The notes: a model not told the origin generated them from the sequence alone. Numbered from the stretch's first letter, positions 18,346-28,281 are shown. The stretch: 64,000 nt of DNA from Candidatus Fermentibacteraceae bacterium (GCA_027067855.1 JAMOUX010000011.1:12528-76527); one strand, 5' to 3'. Made by a program: numbers and translations.

Positions 18346-19002
18346 TCAGGGCGCAGGCACTTCTTCCGCCGGTACCGAGGGATCCGCCGCGGCATCGGTA
18401 CCCACCACCACGACCACCCCGGTATGTCCCGGAGCCACCGCCTCTATGATGTCGCCACCGGCCTGCACGGGCACCGAGGTATGGGAAGACAGCCAGCCGG
18501 AAAGGGAATCGGCGACCAGTTCAGCCTGCTCGCGGGACCCTTCGCTGTACAGGACCAGGGTAATATCCGGGGCCCCGGTGTCCTCGACCGTCACCGGCCT
18601 CGTACCCCTGGACGCCATCACCATCTCGAGCCTGTCCACGGTGGAACGCACCGCCGGTATACCCACGATGGCGACCGGCGGAAATGCCGGCCTCTCCGGA
18701 GCGATTTCCGTTCCGACCGTGTCCGCAGTCTTCCCCGACAGATCCGAATCTATGCGCCTGACCCCCATCCCGGCATCTTCCCGCAGGGGCGAATCCGGGT
18801 ACTTGTAGATGAGAGTGTTGAAAGTTTCCCTCGACGCGGTGAGACTCCCCCTCAGGTACTGCTGGCATGCCCTGGTGAAAAGGGCGGTATCGGTTTCACC
18901 GGTCATGTACCCCGAGTGGTCGTAAGCTTCATCACCGCCGCAACCCGCGGCCAGCAGAACCACGCAGGCCAGCAAAGCGAGTTCATACCTCACCATCGTC
19001 AC
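18346..19002 (-). CDS. Hypothetical lipoprotein (possibly LytR_C-like C-terminal domain)
   Basis: Lipobox LLAAGCGG. The C-terminal segment DITLVLYSEGSREQAELVADSLS loosely resembles LytR_C. Confidence 0.35.
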   Translation of the reverse strand: MTMVRYELALLACVVLLAAGCGGDEAYDHSGYMTGETDTALFTRACQQYLRGSLTASRETFNTLIYKYPDSPLREDAGMGVRRIDSDLSGKTADTVGTEIAPERPAFPPVAIVGIPAVRSTVDRLEMVMASRGTRPVTVEDTGAPDITLVLYSEGSREQAELVADSLSGWLSSHTSVPVQAGGDIIEAVAPGHTGVVVVVGTDAAADPSVPAEEVPAP

Positions 19003-21193
19003 CTTCCGTTCTTTCCAGTTCCTCGGGGCTCACCAGCACTTCCCTGGCCTTGCTGCCCTGGAATTGACCGACTATACCGGCCTGCTCCAGCATGTCTATC
19101 AGCCGGGCGGCCCTGGAATACCCCACCTTGAGCTTTCTCTGCAATATGGATATGGAGCCCTGCTGAGTGGATACGACGATGTCCCTGGCGGTCTCGAACA
19201 GCGGGTCATTCATCTCGACATAGGCGGACCCGCCGGCAAGGGATGCATCCTCCTCCGGAAACTCGTACTCGTAGGGAACCTCGGGCTGGTCCCTCAGGTG
19301 CTCCACTATCGTCCTGGTCTCTTCCGTGGATATGAAGCTGCCGTGCACCCTCAGGGGTTCCGGAGAAGCGGCGGCCAGGAACAGCATGTCCCCTTTGCCC
19401 AGGAGCTTTTCCGCCCCGTTCATGTCGAGAATCGTTCTCGAATCGGTCTTGGACTGGACGTTGAAAGCGATGCGCGAGGGGAAATTGGCCTTTATCACGC
19501 CGGTTATTACATCCACCGACGGGCGCTGCGTCGCCAGGACCATGTGTATGCCCACGGCCCTGGCCATCTGGGCCAGCCTCTCTATGGCGGGTTCTATCTC
19601 CCTGGAGACCGTGATCATGAGGTCGGCCAGTTCATCTATTATCAGTACGATATATGGTATTCTCTCCCCTTCGGACTCCGGGGACAGCTTGGAGTTGAAT
19701 TCCCTTATGGACCTCACCCCTATCCTGGCAAGCCTCTTGTACCTGCTCTCCATCTCCTTGACCAGCGCATCCAGAAGCAGGGTGGACTTTTCCCGCTCTA
19801 TCACCACGGGAGCCCAGAGATGCGGGATGTCTTCGTAAATCGAAAGCTCCAGCATCTTGGGATCTATCATGGCCAGCTTTACTTCCGAAGGTCTCCGGGT
19901 AAGAAGGATGGAAGCGATTATCGAGTGGATGCAGACACTTTTGCCGGAACCGGTGGCTCCGGCGATGAGCAGGTGCGGCATGGAAGTCAGGTCGGCGGCG
20001 AAGGGTTCCCCCCTGACCTTCTTGCCAAGGGCCACGGGTATTATCTCGTCCCCCACCTCCTCTATGACTTCCCTCAGGTAAACCGTCTCCGGCACCGGGT
20101 TCGGCACCTCTATACCCACGGCTCCCCGCCCCGGAACCGGGGCCAGTATTCTTATCCTCTTGGCCCGAAGGGCCATGGCAAGGTCATCGGAGAGAGCCAC
20201 GAACTTGTTCACCTTTATGCCCGGGCCGGGCTCCACTTCGAACCTGGTTATCACGGGGCCCGGGTACGAGTTGGAAATCCTGCATTCTATGCCGAAATCC
20301 ATCAGCTTCTCCAGGAGGAGATCTTCCAGTTCTTTCAGCTTCTCCCTGGTCATTCTCACCCTGTGACGCTCGTCGGGCATCTCCAGGCATGATATGGGCG
20401 GCGGAACATAACCGTCGTCACCGCAGTCGCTCCATTCGGCCTGCCTGCGGACGGGTTCCGGGGTTCGAATCTCCCGGCGTGTTTCAACCCTCTTCCTCTC
20501 TTCCCGGAAGGGCCTCGATTCTTCCGGCGCCGGAACGGGTTCCACCCTGAAGGGGACATCCGGCACAACCTCGGGCTCTTCACGGATCCACGCGCTTCCC
20601 GCCCCGTCACGTGAATCTTCCTCCGGGCCCGCGACGTCCCGCTCCGGCTTTCTCCGCGACTTCATTCCTCCAAGCAGGGTCCTGACCTTCAAGGCCAGCG
20701 ACCGCAGGTCGCCGCCTATGTCCCACCCGGTGAACACCACGAGGCTGGTGGTGAACGCCGTGAACAGCACCAGGAATGCTATGGGAGCGCCGGTCAGCGG
20801 CACGAGTATCTCACCGATGCCGGCCGCCACCTTCCCTCCGGGAACCCCGTGGAACTCCGGGACTCCGGCGCTTACCACGAAATCCAGGACCGCGGTGAAG
20901 AAGTATCCCGTCACGGCCAGGGCGGAAAGTATTCGGAAGCCGGCCCCGCTGAACCCCAGGCCCAGGAGGCGCGCCCCCGCCAGGAACAGGAACAGCGGCA
21001 CCAGGACCGACAGCCAGCCGAGTTCGCCGATCATCCAGCTCCGCAGCGTTCCCGGGAACCCTTCCGACGGAACGGCGAGCATCACCGAAACCGCCGTTGC
21101 AAGGAAAAGGACCAGGACTATCAGCACGTTCTTCCACCTGCCGGAAGTCCTGCGCCTGCGCCTGCTTCTTCCGGTCCGCTTCCGGCCGGCCAC
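18983..21193 (-). CDS. ftsK: DNA translocase FtsK
   Basis: N-terminal TM helices, Pro/charged linker, motor domain with Walker A (GATGSGKSVCI) and a C-terminal gamma domain (SISILQRKLKVGYSRAARLIDMLEQAGIVG). The likely start is a GTG at 21193, overlapping the TAG of the upstream HU-like gene by one nt (TAGTG). The track start 21319 would overlap that gene by 127 nt. Confidence 0.9.
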   Translation of the reverse strand: MAGRKRTGRSRRRRRTSGRWKNVLIVLVLFLATAVSVMLAVPSEGFPGTLRSWMIGELGWLSVLVPLFLFLAGARLLGLGFSGAGFRILSALAVTGYFFTAVLDFVVSAGVPEFHGVPGGKVAAGIGEILVPLTGAPIAFLVLFTAFTTSLVVFTGWDIGGDLRSLALKVRTLLGGMKSRRKPERDVAGPEEDSRDGAGSAWIREEPEVVPDVPFRVEPVPAPEESRPFREERKRVETRREIRTPEPVRRQAEWSDCGDDGYVPPPISCLEMPDERHRVRMTREKLKELEDLLLEKLMDFGIECRISNSYPGPVITRFEVEPGPGIKVNKFVALSDDLAMALRAKRIRILAPVPGRGAVGIEVPNPVPETVYLREVIEEVGDEIIPVALGKKVRGEPFAADLTSMPHLLIAGATGSGKSVCIHSIIASILLTRRPSEVKLAMIDPKMLELSIYEDIPHLWAPVVIEREKSTLLLDALVKEMESRYKRLARIGVRSIREFNSKLSPESEGERIPYIVLIIDELADLMITVSREIEPAIERLAQMARAVGIHMVLATQRPSVDVITGVIKANFPSRIAFNVQSKTDSRTILDMNGAEKLLGKGDMLFLAAASPEPLRVHGSFISTEETRTIVEHLRDQPEVPYEYEFPEEDASLAGGSAYVEMNDPLFETARDIVVSTQQGSISILQRKLKVGYSRAARLIDMLEQAGIVGQFQGSKAREVLVSPEELERTEGDDGEV

Positions 21194-21723
21194 TATACCT
21201 GCCTCACCGTCACGTCCCGGGAATCGGAAGGAAACGCCGGGTCTTTCTCGAGCCTGCCGTCTATCCAGTACTGGTACCTGAGCACCTGCCCGGAAACGGT
21301 TTTCATTTCCCCCACCCAACTGCCGTCGGGAAGTTTCTGAAGAGGATTCCTGTCCGGATCCCAGTCATTGAAATTACCCACCACGGAGACCCTTCGGGCG
21401 TTCCGCGCGGAAAGGCAGAGGAAGTCCACGGTCACCTTCCTGCCAAGGCTTTCCCGGACGGCGTTCTTCAGGGTATCGTAAGGCCTGAAGACCGGGCGTA
21501 TCCTGGGAGGTATGTCGATAAGTCCTTCCCCCTGCGGATCCCTGGCCCGCCGTTTCTTGGCCTCCCTGGTCTCGAAACAACCGAATCCTCTGAAATAGAT
21601 GCTTTCGCCGCGACACAACCCCTCGGTCACGACATCGATGAAAGCATCCAGCACCGTCCTGGCCACTTTCCTCCCGACGCCCGTTCTTCGGGCTATCTCT
21701 CCGGCCATCTCGTCCTTGGTCAT
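21193..21723 (-). CDS. HU/IHF-family DNA-binding domain fused to a C-terminal CBM48/AMPK-beta glycogen-binding-like domain
   Basis: N-terminal MTKDEMAGEIARRTGVGRKVARTVLDAFIDVVTEGLCRGESIYFRGFGCFETREAKKRRARDPQGEGLIDIPPRIRPVFRPYDTLK aligns to the HU fold (GFGTFEVRER...NPQTGEEIEIPA). C-terminal VSVVGNFNDWDPDRNPLQKLPDGSWVGEMKTVSGQVLRYQYWIDGRLEKDP follows the CBM48 pattern (GSFNNW...G.W......G.YKF.VDG.W..DP). Start taken at MTKDEM; the track ORF extends to 21786. Confidence 0.65.
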   Translation of the reverse strand: MTKDEMAGEIARRTGVGRKVARTVLDAFIDVVTEGLCRGESIYFRGFGCFETREAKKRRARDPQGEGLIDIPPRIRPVFRPYDTLKNAVRESLGRKVTVDFLCLSARNARRVSVVGNFNDWDPDRNPLQKLPDGSWVGEMKTVSGQVLRYQYWIDGRLEKDPAFPSDSRDVTVRQV

Positions 21724-21876
21724 CGTCCCCCCGGCGGCTGCGGCATGAACCCTGGAACATGCCGATTGCATATCTCTTCTTGGCAACGGAACTTGAAGTC
21801 AATACTTCACCGGGTTCCACCCGTCAACCTGCGTTCCGGCCTTCTCCCGCGGTCCCGGCCCGGTTATCATTTCCCC

Positions 21877-22401
21877 ATGGAAAACGTTTCGGCGCTCAGG
21901 ATATTCATCGGCGGTCCTCCCTGCTCCGGCAAGACGGAGACCGGCAGGCGCCTCGCATCCATGCTCGGCGTACCTTTCCTCGACCTCGACGAACTGGTGG
22001 AGAAGAGAGCGGGACTCCCGGTGCGAAGAATCTTCGGGGAATTCGGCGAGGAAGGTTTCCGGAACCTGGAAAGCGAGGTGCTCCTGGAATGGTCCCGCAA
22101 GGAAGGGCCTTTCGTAATGGCTCTCGGCGGGGGAACTCTTCTGCGCGGAAACAACCTGGAAATCGTTACGACACTGGGAACGCTGGTCATGCTCACCGCC
22201 CCGGACAACATCCTTGCCCGCCGGAACGCCTCCTCCCCGGGTAAACGTCCCCTGGCGGAAGACGGCGGGCGGCTGAAGAACCTCCTGGAATCCCGGAAGG
22301 AACACTATTCGACCCTCCCCGCTCCCATCGACACCGGCTCCATGACTCCCGAAGAAGCCGCCGGGACCGTACTCGCCCTCGTCACCGGGGAAGACGGCTG
22401 A
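21877..22401 (+). CDS. aroK: Shikimate kinase
   Basis: IGGPPCSGKTETGRRLASMLGVPFLDLD is a P-loop NMP-kinase fold with the LID region. It is only the 3-prime 525 nt of track ORF 21097..22401; the upstream part is antisense to ftsK/HU. Confidence 0.85.
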   Translation: MENVSALRIFIGGPPCSGKTETGRRLASMLGVPFLDLDELVEKRAGLPVRRIFGEFGEEGFRNLESEVLLEWSRKEGPFVMALGGGTLLRGNNLEIVTTLGTLVMLTAPDNILARRNASSPGKRPLAEDGGRLKNLLESRKEHYSTLPAPIDTGSMTPEEAAGTVLALVTGEDG

Positions 22402-23425
22402 GAGAATAGTACCTCCCCGGGTGTTGCGCCACCGCCCCGGCCATCTCCAGGGCCAGCAGTTCGGACTGCAGCACGGCGTTGCCCACCCCGGTCGCACGGA
22501 GAAGAAGGTCGAAGTGCATCATGCCCCCGGCCAGGAGTTCGAGTATTTTCACGCCCGTTTCGCTTTCGGGTCTGAAACCTCCATCCTTCGACGGGGATTC
22601 CATCCCGAAGCCGAGGGGTTCCAGCACGTCGGCCGCGGTCAGGACCACTCCCGCCCCGTCCCGGAGAAGCATGTTCGTGCCCACGGAAAACGCCCCGGTT
22701 ATCTCGCCGGGAACGGCGAAAACCTCCCGTCCCTGTTCCAGGGCGCAGTTGACCGTGATCATGGTGCCGCTCCGCTTTCCGGCCTCCACCACCACTACGC
22801 CCAGCGAAAAACCGCTTATGAGCCTGTTGCGTTCCGGAAAACGGAACTTGTCGGGCCGGGTGCCCGGGGGGTACTCGCCGACGATGACCCCCTTTTCCAG
22901 TATCCTGCGGGCGAGCTTACGGTGCTCCGGGGGATATATCACGTCCAACCCGCTTCCCAGCACCGCCATGGTTATGCCGCCGGCCCTGAGGGCTCCCTTG
23001 TGGGCCTCGCCGTCTATGCCCCTGGCCAGGCCGCTCACCACGGCCACCCCCGCGCCGGCGAAATCAGCGGCCAGGGTCCCGGCCACTTTTCTTCCGTAAG
23101 CCGTGCACATCCTCGAACCTATCACGGCCACCGCCGGCATTTCCAGGAAACGCTCCAGGTCTCCCATCCAGAAAAGCGCCACCGGCGGATCCGGTATCTC
23201 GGACAGCATGGCGGGGTATTCCGGAGTTCCGTACACCGCAGCCTTCATGCCCGACTTCCGGGCCACGGCCAGGGCTTCCTCCACCCGAAGGCCGTCGGGT
23301 CGTCCTCCGGGAAATCTCCTCTCCAGGACCGCCACCGCATTTCCGGGACTTTCCGACCGGAGAATCCTTCGCATGTCCTTACGATTAACTCCGCTCCACA
23401 TGGAGAGTTTTAGCGCATGTATCAC
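22382..23425 (-). CDS. dprA: DNA processing protein DprA (Smf)
   Basis: Rossmann-like DprA core (VAVIGSRMCTAYGRKVA ... GVVVVEAGKRSGTMITVNCALEQGREVFAVPG) and a C-terminal winged-helix. Confidence 0.85.
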   Translation of the reverse strand: MIHALKLSMWSGVNRKDMRRILRSESPGNAVAVLERRFPGGRPDGLRVEEALAVARKSGMKAAVYGTPEYPAMLSEIPDPPVALFWMGDLERFLEMPAVAVIGSRMCTAYGRKVAGTLAADFAGAGVAVVSGLARGIDGEAHKGALRAGGITMAVLGSGLDVIYPPEHRKLARRILEKGVIVGEYPPGTRPDKFRFPERNRLISGFSLGVVVVEAGKRSGTMITVNCALEQGREVFAVPGEITGAFSVGTNMLLRDGAGVVLTAADVLEPLGFGMESPSKDGGFRPESETGVKILELLAGGMMHFDLLLRATGVGNAVLQSELLALEMAGAVAQHPGRYYSLSRLPR

Positions 23426-24426
23426 CGGATGGCCTTCCTCAGATTTCCAACCGCCGCAGCCAGCCTCGCCAGGAATTCATCTATCCCTTCGCCGGTTACG
23501 GCGCTCAATTCCAGCACGTCTCCCGGCAGTGATTTCACCGCCCTGCGCCTCTCGGCCTCCGTCGCCAGGTCCACCCTGGAGAGTACCGGTATCTCCTCCA
23601 ATTTCTCCAGTTCGTCCTTGTAAGACAATACTTCCTTCCTGACGATCTCGTATTGCTCCGCCGGCTCCATACGAAGCCCCATCCCCAGGACGTAGACCAG
23701 TATGCCGGTTCGCTCCACGTGCCTGAGAAACCTCAGGCCCAGGCCCGTTCCCCGCCCGGCACCCTCCAGCAGGCCCGGAAGATCCGCAAGCACGAAACTG
23801 AACCCCCTGTCCATCCTGACCACCCCGAGGGAAGGATGCAACGTGCTGAAGGGATAGTTCGCTATCTTCGGCCTGGCGGAAGTCACCCTGGCCAGCAGGG
23901 TTGATTTACCCGCATTAGGTACACCTACCAGGCCGGCATCGGCTATAAGACTCAATTCGAGCCTTATCTTTCTCGAAACACCCTCCCCGCCCCTGGTAGC
24001 CTTTCTGGGAGCCCTGTTGACGGACGTTGCGAAGGAAGCATTACCCTTGCCGGGTACTCCTCCCCGGGCCACGACCAGTCTCTGGCCTTCCCGGGTGAGA
24101 TCGCCGAGAATTTCACCGGTATCCGAGTCGAATACGGTGGTGCCGGGAGGGACTTCCAGGACCAGGTCCTTACCCCGGGCCCCGGTGCGGTTGCCGGAAC
24201 CGCCTGGTCTTCCCCCGCCCGCGCGGAAAATGGTGCCGTTCCTGAAATCCGCGAGTGTGGTCAATCGTCCGTCCACCGCCAGGATCACGTCACCTCCGGC
24301 TCCGCCGTCTCCTCCATTGGGCCCGCCCTTGGGAACCCGGGCCTCGCGGCGGAAGGAGACGATACCGTCCCCGCCCTTTCCCCCGCGCACTTCTATGACC
24401 ACCTGGTCCACGAACCTGCCGCCCAA
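23422..24426 (-). CDS. obg: GTPase Obg
   Basis: Gly-rich Obg fold N-domain (VRGGKGGDGIVSFRREARVPKGGPNGGDGGAGGDVIL) and G domain (GVPNAGKSTLL, DLPGLLEGA). ATGA overlap with dprA. Confidence 0.9.
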   Translation of the reverse strand: MGGRFVDQVVIEVRGGKGGDGIVSFRREARVPKGGPNGGDGGAGGDVILAVDGRLTTLADFRNGTIFRAGGGRPGGSGNRTGARGKDLVLEVPPGTTVFDSDTGEILGDLTREGQRLVVARGGVPGKGNASFATSVNRAPRKATRGGEGVSRKIRLELSLIADAGLVGVPNAGKSTLLARVTSARPKIANYPFSTLHPSLGVVRMDRGFSFVLADLPGLLEGAGRGTGLGLRFLRHVERTGILVYVLGMGLRMEPAEQYEIVRKEVLSYKDELEKLEEIPVLSRVDLATEAERRRAVKSLPGDVLELSAVTGEGIDEFLARLAAAVGNLRKAIR

Positions 24427-24494
24427 TCAAAACCTCCCGTTAAGTTCCTTTTCACACGGCCCGCTCTCCCGGAACAGGCCGCCAGGCGTTCTTT

Positions 24495-26264
24495 TCAGCG
24501 ATTCACCTTGCAGAGCAGGTACCCGGACACCTGCACGACGGGCTCCAGCGGCCCTCCCTCACCCACGGCGGACAGCAGGGCCACCTTCTTCTCAAGGTCT
24601 CCCGGCATGGGATCATCGGCGCAAAAGTACACATAGTCGATCTTCATCCTGCGCAATACCTTCAACTCATCCTCCACGCCATCATCGAAGAGAAGTTCGA
24701 CGCCGTCCGGATGATTCTGCAACACGAGCACTTCGTGATCGGAAAAATACCTCTCCGGTCTCCACAAGGACAGCAGCCTCGTCCCGGGGGGAAGATTCGC
24801 ATTGGTCCACTCATGAAGCGGAAGCGCGGGAGGAAAATCGACGTCCCGAAAGCCCGCGGGTTCGGAAGCGGATACGAAATCGACGATGAATCTCAATCTT
24901 CCGGGGAAGGACGAAGTCAGGAGCACCAAAGGAATGAGAACGGCCAGGATAATCTCCTTACGGGAAGAAAGGCAATGAAAGCCCAGGGCCGCCATTACGG
25001 GCAACAGGAGAAGCGTATACTTTCCTCCCCACGATACCGGGTCGAAAACCACGGAACACACCAATGCGTACAGCAGGATTCCCGCAAGGACAACGGCGGC
25101 CCTCATCCGGCTCCGCCGGAAAAGAACCGGGACTCCGGCGATGAAAACCGATGCCGTCAGGCCCCACTGCAGAAACAGGTCCTTGAGATTTTCCGCCGGG
25201 GATGCGTGACCGTGCTGTCGCAGCGCATCGAGGGCCGGCACCGTTTCGATCCGCCATGCCGCGTCGGCCGTGAACGGGGGAAGGTGGAAGGGATAGAACG
25301 GCTCGCCGGTCACCAGCAGGTTTCTCAGAACGAAAACGAGCGGAACGGCGGAGGCCAGGAGCAAACCCCTGAAAACCCCGGAGCGTTCACCCGATACAAA
25401 ACCCGCAACCAGGACCGGGACCAAAGCGGCCACCGTCAGGAGAACCGTCCATTTCACCCCGATCGCCACGCCCAACAGGAACCATGCCATGGGTTCGTTT
25501 ACGATCTTCTTTCCTTCCAGCGCCCACTTTTCGAAAACGTAAGAGAAAAACGCCGTGGTAAAAAATACGGCCGTCATGTCCACTTTCGCGAATGATCCCC
25601 ATTTGGAGAGGATCGGTGAGGACAACCCGAGAAGCAGGAGGGACATGTACCCCATCCAGCCGAGGCGGAACGACCTCGCCGCCAGAAGAAAAGAAGCCGC
25701 CAGCATGCTCACCTGGAATACCTGCAGTATGCTCAATTGGTCCAGCCTGCCGTCGGACAGAGCCGCGGGCCATGTTGCAAGCATCTCCCCCACGGACGGA
25801 AAAAACGAGAAAATCGTTTCATCCAGTATATGCATCCTTCCGGCGTCGAGCCATCTGTCGGGTTGCACGGCGTACGTGATGAGGGGATCCACCATGCCGT
25901 GAGGCAACGCGGCGTGAAACAGCAGGGAGAGAAAAAGAACCGAAAGCAGGAAAGCCGCCGGGATGAAAAGCCGGAACGGGGATGGTATCCGCGGAGGATT
26001 CCTTCGCAATTTCCGCAGTATGTCCAGCATTCCCACGGACGCGGCCGGTATGATCAGGATGGAAAGAAACCACCTGGTCAGAATGCCGAAAAGCGAGAGC
26101 GGCAACGTGAGGAATACATGCGCCAGCATCCCCGGCACCACCGCCGGGAAAAACCGGTCGCCTCTCCTCCGGGCCGGAACGAGCTTCGTAACCAGAAGCC
26201 CGGTTCCATGAAAGGCCGCCCAGATCAATGCCACGCGAACGGCTGTCCATGCCGCGTGGACCAC
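24495..26264 (-). CDS. Large polytopic membrane protein, paralog A (putative GT-C-like glycosyltransferase), C-terminal soluble domain
   Basis: About 10+ predicted TM helices. Shares blocks with paralog B at 29444..31318 (VRVALIWAAFHGTG vs FRVALVWAAFDGTG; YAVQPDRWLDAGRMHILDETIFSFFP vs YLVQPDRWLNHGHIHFLEETKFSGFP; similar C-terminal ~150 aa). Family not recognised. Confidence 0.45.
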   Translation of the reverse strand: MVHAAWTAVRVALIWAAFHGTGLLVTKLVPARRRGDRFFPAVVPGMLAHVFLTLPLSLFGILTRWFLSILIIPAASVGMLDILRKLRRNPPRIPSPFRLFIPAAFLLSVLFLSLLFHAALPHGMVDPLITYAVQPDRWLDAGRMHILDETIFSFFPSVGEMLATWPAALSDGRLDQLSILQVFQVSMLAASFLLAARSFRLGWMGYMSLLLLGLSSPILSKWGSFAKVDMTAVFFTTAFFSYVFEKWALEGKKIVNEPMAWFLLGVAIGVKWTVLLTVAALVPVLVAGFVSGERSGVFRGLLLASAVPLVFVLRNLLVTGEPFYPFHLPPFTADAAWRIETVPALDALRQHGHASPAENLKDLFLQWGLTASVFIAGVPVLFRRSRMRAAVVLAGILLYALVCSVVFDPVSWGGKYTLLLLPVMAALGFHCLSSRKEIILAVLIPLVLLTSSFPGRLRFIVDFVSASEPAGFRDVDFPPALPLHEWTNANLPPGTRLLSLWRPERYFSDHEVLVLQNHPDGVELLFDDGVEDELKVLRRMKIDYVYFCADDPMPGDLEKKVALLSAVGEGGPLEPVVQVSGYLLCKVNR

Positions 26265-26363
26265 CCCCGGAAGCTCTTCCAGGATACCTCCCGTTCGTTT
26301 ACGATTGCAACTTGCTTCCCCGCCATTTATATCATTCCCCGATTACAATGGAAAGCCGGTAAC

Positions 26364-27914
26364 ATGAAACGCTCGGGATTACACACCCTGGCAGCGCTGT
26401 TCGTCGTTCTTGCCTCCATCTCCTTCTTCCACCCCTATCCCTACGACAACGTGGTGACCAGGTGGGCCCTGGCCAGGCGCCTGGTGGACGACGCTTCCAT
26501 AAATATCGATCCCTACGCCCGCCACACCAACGACAAGGCTTTCCGCGACGGGCATTACTACTGCGACAAGGCGGTTCTGCTCTCGCTCGCCGCGGCGGCG
26601 CCATACGGCCTTACCAGGGTCATCTCAGGCGTGACGGGACGCTCCGTTCCCGACCCCGTCGCAAGGTACCTGGCCGAGAGGCTCCTGGAAACCGGTTCGC
26701 TGCTGCTCCTCCTCCTGTTCCTGCACAGGAACCTCTCGGAGAAAAAACTGCCGACGGCGATACCGGTGACGGCCCTGGGAACGGGCAGCATCCTGCTGCC
26801 ATACTCCACGCTGCTTTACGGCCATGTTCCGGCCGCGATGCTGCTCTTCCTCTGCTACCACTTCCAGGAACGAAAAAGGTACCTGCTCTCGGACATTTCG
26901 GGCGCCCTGGCGGTGGCCGTCGAATTCCCGGTATTCGTACCCTTCGCCGTGATCCTGGCCTACAGGGGAAGGAAGTACTGGACCCCGGCAAGACTTTTCC
27001 GGGCGACGGCGACGTTGGCCGCGACGCTGCTGCCCCAGTTCCTGTACAACGCCCGCGCCTTCGGCTCGCCCTCGGCCATGGGCTATTCAATGGAGGCCGA
27101 AGATGCCTTCGGCGGCATGAAATCGGGCTTCTTCGGGTTCACCCTTCCGTCGCCGCGCTCGCTGTACCTTCTCACCCTGTCCCCGGAGAGGGGCCTCTTT
27201 TTCTACATGCCCTGGACCCTTCCGGGGCTGGCGGGCTTCTTCGCGGGGGGAAAGCCCCGCGAGGTACTGCGCCGGAACCCGCTTCCGGCGGCCGTGATAC
27301 TCTACGTCCTGCTCTTCTCGGCCTACTACATGCCTGACGGCGGATGGGCCTACGGGCCCAGGCACCTCATCCCGGTGATACCGTTCCTGGCCGTGGGCCT
27401 GGGCGGGTTCGTCGCCGGAGACGGAAAAAGAACTTTCATCGCGGCCGCGGCCATGTTTCCGGCCATGCTCCTGGCCCTGCTGGGCGCCGCAGGCGAAATC
27501 CACCAGCCCGTCTTTCCTCCGGACGGCCCGCTTCCCCTCCCCCAGGTGAAAATCGGCCTGGAGATGATGATGCGGGGACACCACTCCCTATGGCTGCCCG
27601 GAACGGCCGGGGTACTGCTGCTGCTTCTCGCCCTGCCGGTCATGCTCTTCCGGGTCGCCCGGAACTCGAAATTCTCGTGGGCCGGAATACTGCTGCTGTC
27701 TGCGTGGGCGGCGGTCGGGTGGCTCTCGATGAAACGGGACATGGGCGGAATAGTCGATTACTACAGGGGAATACTGGCTCAGCACAGGGAAGAATGGAAC
27801 CTGGCGGAAGATTATTACGAAAGGGCCCTGGAGGATCCCAACGCTCCGCCCGTGGTGCGGGAACGCCTCCGTTTCTGCCGAGGCATGTCGGACGGGATGG
27901 GCGAAGGCCCCTGA
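26364..27914 (+). CDS. GT-C fold membrane glycosyltransferase, ArnT/PMT (GT39/GT83)-like
   Basis: DNVVTRWALARRLVDDASINIDPYARHTNDKAFRDGHYYCDKAVLL follows the ArnT/PMT first-loop pattern (D[E/N]xxYxxxARxM...GDW..P...EKPPL). Multi-TM. Start at MKRSGLHT (26364) with GGAAAG upstream. The track ORF 25737..27914 includes an antisense leader. Confidence 0.65.
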   Translation: MKRSGLHTLAALFVVLASISFFHPYPYDNVVTRWALARRLVDDASINIDPYARHTNDKAFRDGHYYCDKAVLLSLAAAAPYGLTRVISGVTGRSVPDPVARYLAERLLETGSLLLLLLFLHRNLSEKKLPTAIPVTALGTGSILLPYSTLLYGHVPAAMLLFLCYHFQERKRYLLSDISGALAVAVEFPVFVPFAVILAYRGRKYWTPARLFRATATLAATLLPQFLYNARAFGSPSAMGYSMEAEDAFGGMKSGFFGFTLPSPRSLYLLTLSPERGLFFYMPWTLPGLAGFFAGGKPREVLRRNPLPAAVILYVLLFSAYYMPDGGWAYGPRHLIPVIPFLAVGLGGFVAGDGKRTFIAAAAMFPAMLLALLGAAGEIHQPVFPPDGPLPLPQVKIGLEMMMRGHHSLWLPGTAGVLLLLLALPVMLFRVARNSKFSWAGILLLSAWAAVGWLSMKRDMGGIVDYYRGILAQHREEWNLAEDYYERALEDPNAPPVVRERLRFCRGMSDGMGEGP

Positions 27915-27924
27915 AACCGGGCGG

Positions 27925-28281
27925 TCACCAGGAAGGCAGACCGTCCGATATGCTTCCGTGATCGGTATCGGCGCCGGGACATAAAACGGAGTATTCGTTA
28001 TCGCCGAACACGATGTCGTAAACCGAGTGTGTTTCCGGGCACCTCAACTTCCCGGCGTTCATCAGGCATCCCGATGTCTCCAGGCCGTGAAGATCGGTAA
28101 ACGTCGAATGTCTCGCGTAGTACATCATCTCGGCCCCGGCCACGGAGCGCATGTTGCTTCTGCAGGACACCTCTTCGGCCTGGTCCCTGATGTTCGAGTA
28201 CTTGGGAATGGCGATCGCCGCGAGGATGGATGTTATCACCACCACCACCATCAACTCGATAAGTGTGAATCCTTTTTTCAT
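27925..28281 (-). CDS. pilA: Type IV pilin (prepilin-type N-terminal cleavage/methylation domain), paralog 1
   Basis: MKKG|FTLIELMVVVVITSILAAIAIP is a class III signal peptide with Gly(-1), Phe(+1) and Glu(+5). Four Cys in the C-terminal globular part. Strong RBS GGAGGAGAG. Paralog of 31373..31753. Confidence 0.85.
   Translation of the reverse strand: MKKGFTLIELMVVVVITSILAAIAIPKYSNIRDQAEEVSCRSNMRSVAGAEMMYYARHSTFTDLHGLETSGCLMNAGKLRCPETHSVYDIVFGDNEYSVLCPGADTDHGSISDGLPSW

Noticed and set aside
21097-21876. 5-prime 780 nt of the 434-aa plus-strand ORF that ends as aroK
   Set aside because: Only the last 174 codons (from MENVSALRIFIGGPPCSGKT) look like shikimate kinase. The upstream part is antisense to ftsK and the HU-like gene and has no protein-like composition.
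25737-26363. N-terminal 209 codons of track ORF 25737..27914
   Set aside because: They are antisense to membrane paralog A. The real GT-C gene starts at MKRSGLHT (26364), after an in-frame stop-bounded short peptide.
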